Source: Cyanidioschyzon merolae (taxonomy: Eukaryota). From it: DNA of 64,000 nt. Positions 1 to 10,913 of the stretch are shown piece by piece. The DNA lies in the NCBI GenBank assembly GCA_000091205.1, contig AP006501.2; one strand, 5' to 3'. A program made the position numbers and the translations under genes. Position 1 is the first letter of the stretch. Every line of letters starts with the position of its first letter. The notes beneath the pieces were generated by a model that saw only the letters and a list, made by a program, of their open reading frames with translations, had not been told where the DNA came from and did no database searches.

Positions 1-704
1 AGACAAGTTGCTCAGGTCTCGCAACAGCACCCACCACTTTCGAGGCACACTGAGCACCAGCTTAGCAGACCCGTCCGCCTCGCCGGACCTTCCGCCTAGA
101 AGGTAAACTTTCGACAGTAAGGAAACCTTTTGTCCGTTTTAAAGTTTATCGTAGAGAGGGAACGAGATTTTTATTTCGTTGCCTGTGCATCGCTAGTCTC
201 TGTTCAAAAATATCAACGAATCCCTGATCAATGCCTCGTGTTCCTGGACGGATTTCGCAGCCACGACGCACAACATGATCAAACTGCACGTGTTCCGAGT
301 CATGTTTCGGATGTTTACAATTCAAACGAGGAACTAGTACATCTTCGTTGCGGCTGGAGGCGAGTGTTGTCGCATGCAGTGCGCAGGTTTTCGTCCAAGT
401 TGTGCTGTGCAGCGTGTAACGCTAGTTGAGGGCCCGCACGTTGCTGGCGCCTATCGGAGTGCCGCATGGTGCGCAGCGACAGCTCGTTGCCTCCGCAGGC
501 TATCGAGCGTCTCACGCTCGCATCTGTCAATAACCGACGCTGACCCTTGGTCATGTTCTTGGTTAGACAGCCCGCACCATCGATGCCATCGCGTGCTGTA
601 GCGATCGCTCGGATGTTCTATCGCGGGGCTTGCTTGCTGTACCCGTCATCGATAGACGCGGCTGCTTGGTACGAAGTCTACGCGTCTTCGCCATCAGGCA
701 CTGC

Positions 705-1241
705 TTACGGTGTCAAGCTGGCCTGCTCCTTGCACTGGGTGCGTTTCACCTTTCGTTTTTCTTCGGGGGCGAACATGTTCTCCATTTCGTAGAAGCGGTG
801 CAGGAGGGCGATGGATTCTTGAGCAAAATGACCCCCGCTAACACGCAGCGGTTTGCGGTTAGACGGCAATCCGCAGCTCCCGTCGTGAACTCGGAGCACA
901 GTACCACAGCCGCCAAATCGTTCGTTTCTACAACCAAAGTAGACGTAGCCACCAACGCCGTGCGCAATCAGAGCAGCCGTGCACATAATACACGGCTCGC
1001 AGGTCACGTAGACATCGGATTTCGCTAGCAACGCTTCTCGACGTTCCATATGAGGGTAACGGTGCAGCACATCAACCAAACCTACCAATTCGGCGTGTTT
1101 GGTTGCATTTCGGAGCTCGTTGCAGCGGTTCGCTCCGTAACCGATAATCTCGCCGGAATATCGCTGAACCAGCAGGCATCCGACGGGAACTTCCGCGTGC
1201 CTTTCCATTGCACGCTTTCCTATCTCTAGAGCAATGAGCAT
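705..1241 (-). CDS. tRNA-specific adenosine deaminase (cytidine/deoxycytidylate deaminase fold, ADAT2/TadA-like). The in-frame ORF continues upstream to 1709, but that extension looks non-protein-like.
   Basis: Zinc-binding deaminase motifs HAE...PCxxC (HAELVGLVDV...VTCEPCIMCTAAL). The sequence LIALEIGKRAMERHAEVPVGCLLV matches TadA/Tad2 N-terminal consensus. Met at 1241 gives a ~179-aa product. Confidence 0.7.
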   Translation of the reverse strand: MLIALEIGKRAMERHAEVPVGCLLVQRYSGEIIGYGANRCNELRNATKHAELVGLVDVLHRYPHMERREALLAKSDVYVTCEPCIMCTAALIAHGVGGYVYFGCRNERFGGCGTVLRVHDGSCGLPSNRKPLRVSGGHFAQESIALLHRFYEMENMFAPEEKRKVKRTQCKEQASLTP

Positions 1242-2151
1242 GAATTTGGGATTAAACGTGGTATCCGTTGGATCAGCCGCAGTCAAGTTCCGGGCCAGCT
1301 GTGCTGTTCTCTGTGCACACTGGGCAGGTCGCACCGCACCATCCGACAGTGGAGGTCCCAGCGCTTCGCCGTACTTGGCCGCCGCTGTCGCATCCGATGA
1401 TGAAGAAGCTACCAGTACTGGTGACGTGTCAGTTCTAGAGTCTTTGTGTTCTGGAACTTCGGTGAGACGTCCCCGGCCGCTGTAACTCGGGACGTCGACG
1501 CTAACTTGAGCACACTGCAGCCGCTGCGATTGTTCAGGAAGAATTGGTCGCGAGAGGACCAACTCACTGATCCCGTTAGCAGCTGCGTCTTCGCAGCAGT
1601 GACCGTCCGCAACAGAGCACCGCGTAGACGGAGGACTCAGTCGGTGCAGCGACTCCATTTCACTGAAGCGGTAGTCCGAGCGACCTCCAGACCGGATCAC
1701 TACCCACACTGGACGCGGCCTCGAACGGCTCCAAGTCTAGAGTCGACTCACTATCTTTCGGTTACAGCACGCCGAAAGGAAACCGTATGCGTTGCGTTGT
1801 CTCGTTTTGACACTACAGCACCGTTGACTTGCCGTTTTTCCAAAACCCAGCAGGAAAGCGTCATCCTGATCGCCGTCGAGCCGCGGCGCAGACGAGCCCA
1901 CCGACTGTTGCTATTCTCGTACACAGCTGCTTTTGCCGTCTACTTCTGCCTGTCTCGTCTGTTTTCATATTACTCAATTGCCTCTGCCTTTCTTGTTTGC
2001 CACGAATTTTGCCTGTCGCTGTGATACGACCGGAGAAACGCTACGACTCTTCTGTATACACGAACGACTCGGACTCGTTTCCAAGTCTACACCGAGGGCG
2101 GCAGCAGCAGCCAATGAGCATACCTTTAAACTTTAGCACCTACTCAGCGCC

Positions 2152-4080
2152 ATGGCCGAGTCATCTGTGCACTCAAAAGCCACTGTTGGGAGGAGCCACT
2201 CTGGTTCCGCCTTGAACGAGCGACAAGAGGAACTACAGGCGGACGTACCTCGTCTGGAGCGCTTGCTGGAACTAGGTGTTTGTACCAGACTCCCTGCCGC
2301 ACGACAGGAGGCGTTCGAGCGTTTGCGTCGCTGGATAAACGGCAGTGCGAACCAAGATGCTGCAGTAATCGCTGCCTGTGCTGTCATTTTCCGTCAGATG
2401 CAACGTTGTTTGAGGTGCGAACTTACTCCGAATTCGAAACGAAGGCGAACTTGTCATTCAGGTGCGTTCACTTCCGATCCAGATAGCAGGACGCTGGTCC
2501 ACTTGCTCACGTTCCTCGCTCGTATCGTAGGCTTGTACGCACGTCGACAAGGGACACCGACAAGCGATGCCCTCAGCGCTGCATCGACAGTCGAGTCAAG
2601 GCCGGCACTGTTGCGATGGCTCGCTGCTCGACTTTTCCACCTCATCGACGCCATTATCGTTAGTGGTGTTGAGCGAACGGCGCTTGCGTCCCTGCCCGGC
2701 CCGTTAGCGTTTGCCAAGGCTGCTCGAGACCGAGTCATCGCGTTGGTTTGCCGGTGGCGTGATCTTTTTGCCGATGTAGATGAATCATTTCAGCAAGCGT
2801 ATCTCTACACGTTTGAGATCTTACGCGTGCCGCAGCTGCAGTGTACAGAGGCTATTCTGCGACCACGCTTCTTTCGAAATCAACAGGAACTAGAAGCCTC
2901 GTTGCGGGTACAGATTCCGGCGCTGATCGAACGCCTAACTCGAGAGCACCTCCACTACAACGATGAAAACTTTCTGGGAACTCTGGAGAGGGAGTTCGGC
3001 ATGCGCACGAGCGGATATCTCGGTATAGATGACGCTTCTGATCCAGGAGCCATGCAGCGCCTCGTTCCGAATCAGCAGCTGTCCGCAAATCAAGAGCTGT
3101 TGAAATTGTGGTCCAGGCATCGTGATCGTCTTCGAGACACACTCAAGTGGGTGAAAAGCGCTCGAACAGACCTAGAGCAGCGTCAACAGCTGTGGACGGG
3201 TCTTGCGACGCCTCATATCACCGCTGATGAAGTCTCCGTACACACATCACTGCGTGGGCTGGACGCTCGACTGTCTGCGTTCGAGACCCGGGTCCAGCTG
3301 TTGTGGTCACAAGCGGAGACGCTTGGCATCGAGCATCCAGCTGCTACCAGCGCCGATGACAATCCAACCGAGAATAGAGTACCCTCAGGGTATGCTTTCG
3401 ATGATCACATGGCGATCAGCGAGCAAGAACTTGATGCGAACAACGATTTCGCCGACATCGATTTTATCGCTATACAAGAAACGTTCACTGGGACCGAGAC
3501 ATCCGAAAATGCGCTTACCTTTTCTCCGATTCATTCTGAAGGGGCTCGGGAAAACACAATAACCGACTCAACAGAGATATATGATGAGCGTCTGCCGCAA
3601 GATGCGCCATCATTACCTACTGATGCCTACGCGACCAGCACAGCGTCGAATCAGCATGCCCTGCAACATGCTGTAGATTTCACGCTTCCCGAGCAGATCA
3701 ATCAACGAGGCTTCAGCGAAATCGAGCGTTTACTCCAGCGCCGAATCAGCAGCAACAGCGAGAACGTGAATGAAGAGGTCTTGCAGGCGTTTGAGGCTGC
3801 AGAGCTACACTTACTACGAGCCCAGACTACAAGTGACGCCACGACTACTGTCGCTGTCGCCGCGGACCCCCTTGAGGGATTCTTGCCCGCAGACCTGCGA
3901 CCCAACCGCCGACGGTCGACCGTATCGTCGAAAGTTTCCGCTCAAGCGCGCACTGCTTTGCGTGCGTCTCGACATCGCTTAGAAACGCATCTTCGGCGCG
4001 TGCTTCCCCGTGCCCAACGTCAACGCATGCAGCAAGCAGAGTCGATATTCGAACACCGCCAACGAGATCGTCGCGCGTGA
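2152..4080 (+). CDS. Hypothetical protein (642 aa). Helical N-terminal half, acidic and low-complexity C-terminal half.
   Basis: Uninterrupted 1.9-kb ORF, codon usage like neighbouring genes, no recognisable domain. Confidence 0.45.
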   Translation: MAESSVHSKATVGRSHSGSALNERQEELQADVPRLERLLELGVCTRLPAARQEAFERLRRWINGSANQDAAVIAACAVIFRQMQRCLRCELTPNSKRRRTCHSGAFTSDPDSRTLVHLLTFLARIVGLYARRQGTPTSDALSAASTVESRPALLRWLAARLFHLIDAIIVSGVERTALASLPGPLAFAKAARDRVIALVCRWRDLFADVDESFQQAYLYTFEILRVPQLQCTEAILRPRFFRNQQELEASLRVQIPALIERLTREHLHYNDENFLGTLEREFGMRTSGYLGIDDASDPGAMQRLVPNQQLSANQELLKLWSRHRDRLRDTLKWVKSARTDLEQRQQLWTGLATPHITADEVSVHTSLRGLDARLSAFETRVQLLWSQAETLGIEHPAATSADDNPTENRVPSGYAFDDHMAISEQELDANNDFADIDFIAIQETFTGTETSENALTFSPIHSEGARENTITDSTEIYDERLPQDAPSLPTDAYATSTASNQHALQHAVDFTLPEQINQRGFSEIERLLQRRISSNSENVNEEVLQAFEAAELHLLRAQTTSDATTTVAVAADPLEGFLPADLRPNRRRSTVSSKVSAQARTALRASRHRLETHLRRVLPRAQRQRMQQAESIFEHRQRDRRA

Positions 4081-4181
4081 GCTTCCCTGGATAGCTGGAA
4101 AGTTTCTTGACGGCGATGAAACAGCTTCAGGGCCGCCATCATCTGTAATTGTTGAAAACGTCGTGCACTATATGAAGTCTA

Positions 4182-5105
4182 TCACGTGAGGGATTGCTCG
4201 CAATCATTCGATTCCCGGTCCGGTTCCGGTCTCATGTCTGAGACTTGACACACCAGTTTGGGTTCCAAAATGTCCTTCGCTGATTGGATCAGTGCGAGTT
4301 CCGGTGGGACCCCTGCTTCAACAATCTCTCCCTCATCCAGGGTTCGCCGCAGCACATGGTACACTGTTGAGAACGCGTATTCCACAGCTTGTTGGAGATT
4401 TGGTACCCGAGCGCTCCACGCTAGCAGAAGCGCTGCAGACAGATCGCCGGTGCCGGTGAATGATCCGGGCAACCGTGACGGAAGCTGGAACCACTTGCTT
4501 TGTTTCCGAAGCGCTTCCGAGAGGTACACGCAGGGACGTTGGTGCTCGTCTGCCTCTGCACCGGTGACCACAATGACAGGCACCTGGTAATGCGTATGCA
4601 GCCAATGGCAGGCACGTTCGATGTCGGTCTCATGCGGTACGAGAAGTTGAAGCTCGTACGCGTTCGGAATAATTAAGTGCGCCCTTGGAATTAGAATATC
4701 TCGATAGGCCTCGACCATTTCGGGAGGCACGTAGAGCCGTCCGTTGTCGCCTAGAACCGGATCGCAGAGGTACCAAACCGGCTCCTGACCGGCTCTCTCC
4801 GAGTTAAGAAGGTCAATAAGCTCGCGAACGACCTCCAGGAGCTCGCGAGACCTAATATACCCTGTTAACAGGTGCGTTACGCTTTTTAAAAGCCCATTCG
4901 GTAGGAGGCCGTTCCAAACGATTCGTCGCAGCTGCTCGGCGGTGAGACTCTCCCCGGCTTTGTGGCGATATCCCGTGTGGTTCGCAAAGTGCACCGTGTT
5001 GACAGGATCCACGTCCCAGCCGAGCAATTGTAGAGGAAACGTAGCTGCTTTCTGACCCACATAGCCGTGCACCACGTGCGACTGCACGCTGAGTACCCGG
5101 GGCAT
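4182..5105 (-). CDS. Pyridoxal kinase (ribokinase superfamily). ORF extends in frame to 5318; likely start is Met at 5105.
   Basis: Conserved PdxK N-terminus: RVLSVQSHVVHGYVGQKAATFPLQLLGWDVDPVNTVHFANHTGY. ~308 aa from the internal Met matches family length. Confidence 0.85.
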   Translation of the reverse strand: MPRVLSVQSHVVHGYVGQKAATFPLQLLGWDVDPVNTVHFANHTGYRHKAGESLTAEQLRRIVWNGLLPNGLLKSVTHLLTGYIRSRELLEVVRELIDLLNSERAGQEPVWYLCDPVLGDNGRLYVPPEMVEAYRDILIPRAHLIIPNAYELQLLVPHETDIERACHWLHTHYQVPVIVVTGAEADEHQRPCVYLSEALRKQSKWFQLPSRLPGSFTGTGDLSAALLLAWSARVPNLQQAVEYAFSTVYHVLRRTLDEGEIVEAGVPPELALIQSAKDILEPKLVCQVSDMRPEPDRESNDCEQSLT

Positions 5106-5450
5106 GAAGAGCGTACACCAGGAAGCGCGAGAAGTTGCCACGCGAGCGCCTTGGTGGCCGTGCGCGAACGCAGAAGCAAAGCAGCGTATAGATAGGAGGC
5201 GTGGTGAGTGCTCGCGGCAGGCTATATACCCGGAATAACGTACGAGCAAACTGCCAGATCCGGAGGAAAGTATGGTTGGTGGTGTTGCTTGTTGGAACTT
5301 GGTGGTATGGCGCAGCATGACGGTCGCGGATCACGGTCGCGCAACTGCGTATTCCAGGTTTATGTATCAGCAATCCTACGCTCTAAGAAAACGTTCAGTC
5401 GATGGACTCGAAACAGACGGCTAACTACGACGCCGAATATACTCGCCGGG

Positions 5451-5885
5451 TCGTCGATGGTATTCACTGCATTATCCCCATCGACGGAACGTTGATACAG
5501 CGCTGTACTAGTCTTCTGCACGATGCATATCGGTCGTCGATCATATTCACTGCATTATCCCCATCGACGGAACGTTGATACAGCGCTGGACTAGTCTTCT
5601 GCACGATGCATATCGGTCGTCGATCATATTCACTGCATTATCCCCATCGACGGAACGTTGATACAGCGCTGGACTAGTCTTCTGCACGATGCATATCAGT
5701 CTTCGATGGTATTCACTGCATTATCCCCATCGACGGAACGTTGATACAGCGCTGGACTAGTCTTCTGCACGATGCATATCGGTCGTCGATCATATTCACT
5801 GCATTATCCCCATCGACGGAACGTTGATACAGCGCTGGACTAGTCTTCTGCACGATGCATATCAGTCTTCGATCATATTCACTGC
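5451..5885. repeat. Tandem minisatellite, 83-bp unit, ~5.2 copies, >90% identity between copies.
   Basis: Unit tcgtcgatcatattcactgcattatccccatcgacggaacgttgatacagcgctggactagtcttctgcacgatgcatatcgg. It starts at 5451, 5534, 5617, 5700, 5783 and 5866. It lies between the divergent pyridoxal kinase and aminopeptidase genes. Confidence 0.9.
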
Positions 5886-6071
5886 GATAACACGTTTGCA
5901 GGTCACGGTATCGAGATCCACACTGGTACCGAGCAGATATCTTCTTTTTTTCAGCAAGATTCGTTGGGGTCAGCGCTGCAGCGCCAATGGGTGATTGCTC
6001 GTCTCAAGGTAGTCGGTTTGTGCCTGAATCACGGAACTTGCCGCTTTTTGTTTCACTTTGTTCTCAGTACC

Positions 6072-8837
6072 ATGGTAGAACGTCAACTCTTACCGAAAAC
6101 GGTTCGACCGCTTTTATATGATATCACTCTCGAGCCGGGACTGGAGCCTCGTCTACACGAGTCGGTGGCGACTTCTGACGGCGTTACGAGCGAGACGAGC
6201 GCTCCAGCGGGGCCACCAGCTGGATCGCCACAACACCCAGGTGATACTGAAGACGAAGATGCAGCGTTTACTTTCCAGGGACAGGAGACTGTTGAACTCG
6301 AGGTGCTCGAGGACACGAGCTCCATCGTTCTCAACGCACTTGAGCTAAAAATTCACAGTGCGCGCCTCAACGGCGTGGAAGCACACAGCATCACCAGTGA
6401 CCCTGACGCTCAGACAGCTCGCCTGGAGTTTGGCCAAAAGTTTGCAGCTGGAACACGGGTGCGGTTGGAGCTGACCTTCCAGGGTATTCTGAACTCGAAA
6501 ATGGTCGGATTCTATCGAGCAAAATATCAGGATCCAGAGAGCGGCACTGTCAAGTATATGGCTGTGACGCAGTTTGAACCGACCGATGCGCGGCAAGCTT
6601 TCCCCTGTTGGGACGAGCCCGCGCTCAAGAGCCGGTTCCGGATAACTCTCGTGATTCCATCGGATCGGCAGGCGATCTCGAATATGCCAGTGGAGCAGGA
6701 GACCGTTCGGACCTCGGATGGGCGGAAGGTTGTTCGCTTTGAAGAGACACCTCTCATGTCGACGTATCTCGTAGCGTTTGTCGTGGGAGAGTTCGATTAT
6801 GTCGAAGGGCGCACCGCTGAAGGTGTACAAGTCCGAGTTTACACGCAGAAAGGAGTAGCTCATCAGGGCGCTTTCGCGCTCGATTGTGCCGTCAAAGTGC
6901 TTTCGTATTTCACCGAGTTTTTCGGTACACCGTATCCGCTCCCGAAAGAGGATCTAATCGCTGTTCCGGATTTCGCGGCTGGTGCTATGGAGAACTGGGG
7001 TTGCATCACATTCCGAGAGACCGCGTTACTATTGGACCCGGAGCGGAGCGCTGCAAGCGCTCGTTCCCGCGTTGCCGAGGTCGTCGCACATGAGCTTGCA
7101 CATCAATGGTTTGGGAATCTGGTGACGATGGAATGGTGGACGCATTTGTGGCTGAACGAGGGCTTTGCAACCTGGGCCGCAGAACTTGCCGTCGATCATC
7201 TCTTTCCCAGCTGGCAGCAATGGATGCAGTTTGTTTCAACGACGTTTGCAGCGGCGCTGCGATTGGATGCGCTACGCTCGTCGCACCCGATCGAAGTGGA
7301 GGTCGCTCGTGCTCAGCAAGTCAATGAAATTTTTGATGCAATCTCGTACTGTAAGGGAGCTTCCGTTATCCGCATGTTGGCAAACTATCTGGGTCTCGAA
7401 GTTTTCCGCAATGGCCTCTGTCGTTATCTCAACAAGTTTACGTACGGGAATGCGAGCACGGATGATCTGTGGCAGGCGCTCGAAGAGGAGTCTGGCAAAC
7501 CGATATCCCATATGATGCGTTCGTGGACGCGTCAGACTGGCTATCCTGTGATTTATTTTGATGATGCAAACATGATCGTTCGGCAAGAGCGTTTTCTGGC
7601 GGATGGCGGAAGCGTTTCCCATACATCTCGAGTGAATACGAACGCGGACAGCGACTCGAATACAGCACCGACGCACTGGGTCGTGCCCCTGGGCATGATG
7701 GATAGCAGTCAACCAGCAGTGCCGCGCTACTTCCTGCTCGATGCGAAGCAGGCAGAGCTTCAGTCGATATTGGGAACGGCGTCGAATGCTTCGGAGCAGC
7801 GCTGGATCAAGATGAATCCGCACCAGACTGGTACGTATCGCGTGAATTACACCCCAGAAATGTGGCAACGCCTAGTGGAGCCCATCCAGACCAAGGTGCT
7901 CGGCGCAACCGATCGACTTGGACTCGCCATGGACGCATTCGCCTTGACGAAGGCTGGCATTCTGCCGGCGTCTGTTGCTCTCCAAATGCTCGCAGCGTTT
8001 TCGAAAGAAGACGATTATGCATGCTGGCTCGACGTGGTTGGCTCTCTCGGAGAGCTCGGAGCGGTTTTCGCGTCCGACGAGCCCTCGCTACGGTCGCAGT
8101 TTGACCGCTTTGCCTGTGATCTCATGCGCTACACTGCTGAACGCATCGGATGGAAACCGGAACCCAACGAGGAACACGTTACCGCGTTACTGCGGTCGCT
8201 TCTGCTTGGGGCACTCGTGAAGCACGCCGATTCGAGCACTGTGAACGAAGCTCGCCGGAGCTGGAAGGCCGAACAGGACGGAACGGATCGTGTCCCGGCA
8301 GATCTTCGACTCGCAGTCATGTCTGCGGTCGTCCAGTACGGTACAGATGCGGATTTTGATGCAGTACTGCAAGCGTACGCCCAAGCGGTTATGGATGAGG
8401 AGCGGGTGCGCTGTATTCGTGCCCTCGGTTGTACGCGCGACCCGGCCAAAATCCGTTGGTTGCTCGACTGGGGTCTTGATCGTTCTCAGGTCAAGTCTCA
8501 GGATGCGATTTACGTCTATTCGACGCTGGCTGCGAACACGGACTCTGGACGTCGAGCCACCTGGCAATACCTGCGTGAGCATTGGTCGACCTTTTATCAG
8601 CGGTTTGGGAAAGGCAACTTTCTCTTGTCGAGCTTCGTTTCCTCGATACTCAGAGACTTTTCTTCTGAAGAAGCAGCTGAGGAAGCTGAAGCGTTTTTTG
8701 CCTCCATCCCAGACAAGGAGCGGGAGAGTATCCAGCGCACCATCCAGCAGAGCACTGAGCGCATTCGCGCGAATGCGGCGTGGCGCCAGCGGGACATGCA
8801 CGCCGTTCGGGCGTGGCTTGCAGAACGCTGCGGCTGA
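6072..8837 (+). CDS. M1-family zinc aminopeptidase (aminopeptidase N / puromycin-sensitive aminopeptidase-like). An alternative in-frame upstream ATG sits at 5964.
   Basis: GAMENWG exopeptidase motif and HEXXH-(18)-E zinc motif (VVAHELAHQWFGNLVTMEWWTHLWLNEGFA). Length ~920 aa. ATG at 6072 has an accATGg context and gives the family-like N-terminus MVERQLLPKTVRPLLYDITLEP. Confidence 0.9.
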   Translation: MVERQLLPKTVRPLLYDITLEPGLEPRLHESVATSDGVTSETSAPAGPPAGSPQHPGDTEDEDAAFTFQGQETVELEVLEDTSSIVLNALELKIHSARLNGVEAHSITSDPDAQTARLEFGQKFAAGTRVRLELTFQGILNSKMVGFYRAKYQDPESGTVKYMAVTQFEPTDARQAFPCWDEPALKSRFRITLVIPSDRQAISNMPVEQETVRTSDGRKVVRFEETPLMSTYLVAFVVGEFDYVEGRTAEGVQVRVYTQKGVAHQGAFALDCAVKVLSYFTEFFGTPYPLPKEDLIAVPDFAAGAMENWGCITFRETALLLDPERSAASARSRVAEVVAHELAHQWFGNLVTMEWWTHLWLNEGFATWAAELAVDHLFPSWQQWMQFVSTTFAAALRLDALRSSHPIEVEVARAQQVNEIFDAISYCKGASVIRMLANYLGLEVFRNGLCRYLNKFTYGNASTDDLWQALEEESGKPISHMMRSWTRQTGYPVIYFDDANMIVRQERFLADGGSVSHTSRVNTNADSDSNTAPTHWVVPLGMMDSSQPAVPRYFLLDAKQAELQSILGTASNASEQRWIKMNPHQTGTYRVNYTPEMWQRLVEPIQTKVLGATDRLGLAMDAFALTKAGILPASVALQMLAAFSKEDDYACWLDVVGSLGELGAVFASDEPSLRSQFDRFACDLMRYTAERIGWKPEPNEEHVTALLRSLLLGALVKHADSSTVNEARRSWKAEQDGTDRVPADLRLAVMSAVVQYGTDADFDAVLQAYAQAVMDEERVRCIRALGCTRDPAKIRWLLDWGLDRSQVKSQDAIYVYSTLAANTDSGRRATWQYLREHWSTFYQRFGKGNFLLSSFVSSILRDFSSEEAAEEAEAFFASIPDKERESIQRTIQQSTERIRANAAWRQRDMHAVRAWLAERCG

Positions 8838-10913
8838 GGCGAGCGTCCGACAACTCCCGGTACTGCTCTGTAGGTGTGTGCTGAGCGGGTGTGCGGAGCA
8901 GAAGCTGCACGGCGGCTGCCTATGGATCGACGACATCGGTAGTTGACGTCATTCGCATGGTGGACAGGTATTGCCCGGTGTTGGTAGCGACCGTGTTTGC
9001 AGCGACGAACAGGAGCATCTGACGTCGTTCCGTTGGCATCACTCGGATCTTTCAACAGTAAAGAAGGCTTGGACTGTACGCACCGACCAGAGTGTTCATC
9101 GACTCTGTGGACATTCCACGATACACTGCGCTGCGTTGCTCGCATTCGCTTTCCTCGCAAAGCGACGTTGGCGTTGCGCCCACAAGCGATCGCTGCAGCG
9201 CACGCTGGACAGTGATCCATGCATCGTGCACTGCCGCAGCACAGCTGACACCACACTCCCTCGCTACGCATCTATTATGGACCGTGAAAACACGCTTGAA
9301 CGGTGCCGGCGACGATATGCATACTGGCGACGGTGAACCTAGTGATGTCGATTCCGATACGACGAAGGAGCAGAGTGTGCAGTGCCTCCCGTCACATATC
9401 TTGAAAAACACATGACTTGTGGGTGTTCATTCCCAAATCATTTCCCCGTCCGATGATTTCGCATCCATACAAGTAACATGCGTATTTAGAAGCCCGCTGA
9501 ACACCGCCCCGAACGGGAAAGCAGCGCGTGCGTCTGCAGTCTGTGCTGCTCAGTTCGTAGGGTGCACCACGCAGCCGCGATCAGACGTGCGTCGATGGAC
9601 GCTCTCCCGTTTGCCAATGAACATCATACAATGAGCGATGCTCGACTCTTGTCTACACGATCTTACGCCTCAAGAAACAAGTCAAGTGCGCGTCACCGTA
9701 CGTGCTGGTCTGGTGAAGCGCGTCCGGGTCCGTTCGACGGCGAGCACCTGCAGCGGACTCGGCACCCTCAGTGTCTCCAGAGCGGAGCGCTGCGCTGCGG
9801 AGCGATGTCTCTGCGTAACTTCGGTGCCAGGTTCAACCGAGTCAGTGCAAAGCAGGAGAATCCAACACAAGGTCTTCGAGAAGCGGCACGGGTGATCCAT
9901 GTGAATCAAAAAAGCACGACACATGCTGTATCGATGTTGGCATGCTTCTGGATACACGGTGGCATGTAAGATGCAGGCGCTGGGAAATGCATGAGAGCAA
10001 CCATAAGGCACGGACGGGTGCGTCTGAACAAGACCGATACCAGCGTTTCGGCGCTCTTGTTTTCGCAGCAGATCCGAATGGTCCAGTACCTTGTCCTTGC
10101 GTTTACGTGCTTGACCAGTCATGTATACCAGAAAACAATGTGACAGGTGGAATATGGAGCACGACGACTGCAGCGAACGCAAAGTCCATCGTTCTTGCGC
10201 CAGGATTCTCGTCGATACCCCAAACGCTGTCTACGTTCGGGTGTACACATCAGCCTCTTCGTCGATGTTGCTTGGCCGAGGGCGTGCTGCGGCACCTCGG
10301 TGCTCCACAACAACGGGCCATGCATCGACGGTTGCGTTCTCAGGCGCACGAAGGATCCTCGGAACATACACGCCAAACGCGCCTAGCTCCGGTGCTTCGC
10401 GTCCACCACCGAGTGCTTTCTCTGGTGTTATCGTTCTAGACCGGCAACCGGGCGTGCTCGTGCAACCTATCGGAGCCCAGATCCAAAGCGACTCCCGAAC
10501 CAGAACGAGGTCATGTACGCGCAAGGAGCCAACGTCCACAAGAACAACAAATTGCCGTCCGCTCTCCGTACCACCTTGGTGTTTGAGTTGGCAACCTGCG
10601 TTTCGCCAGACCTCTCCGTGCTGTACCCGTTACCCAAGAGTTTGCTGCTGCTCGCAAATCTCAAAAGTATTGCTGAGGGAGCTAGTACATATTCCTCAGT
10701 CGCCATCACTTTACATGCTTTGAGTTGATGCTGAATCGCTTCAACAATCCAGTACCTGAACCTGTAGCAGACATCCTTGTGGGGTATGTGCTGCGTTGGA
10801 CGGTACCTGCGCTGCTCACAGCGCCTTGGGCTGTGCACGTCGCCTCCGCTCGCCGAGCGCGCGTTCTACGCACTGGGCTCTAGTCCAGGCTCAGGACGCT
10901 TCTCTCAGACGAT

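Noticed and set aside
1242-1709. Upstream in-frame 156-aa extension of the tRNA adenosine deaminase ORF
   Set aside because: No deaminase-family similarity and a composition unlike the conserved core. The family-typical N-terminus begins at the Met at 1241. Likely an open frame upstream of the true start.
5451-5885. Regular 83-bp repeat array considered as a CRISPR array
   Set aside because: No unique spacers; the whole 83-bp unit repeats. The context is eukaryotic (spliceosomal intron; SPT16, MAD2, Rab2 and eIF5A neighbours). It is a minisatellite.
9682-10723. Several 150-200-aa ORFs on both strands in the 9-10.9 kb stretch
   Set aside because: They are Arg/Cys/Ser/Pro-rich with mutually overlapping frames, typical of GC-bias artefacts. 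No domain pattern.
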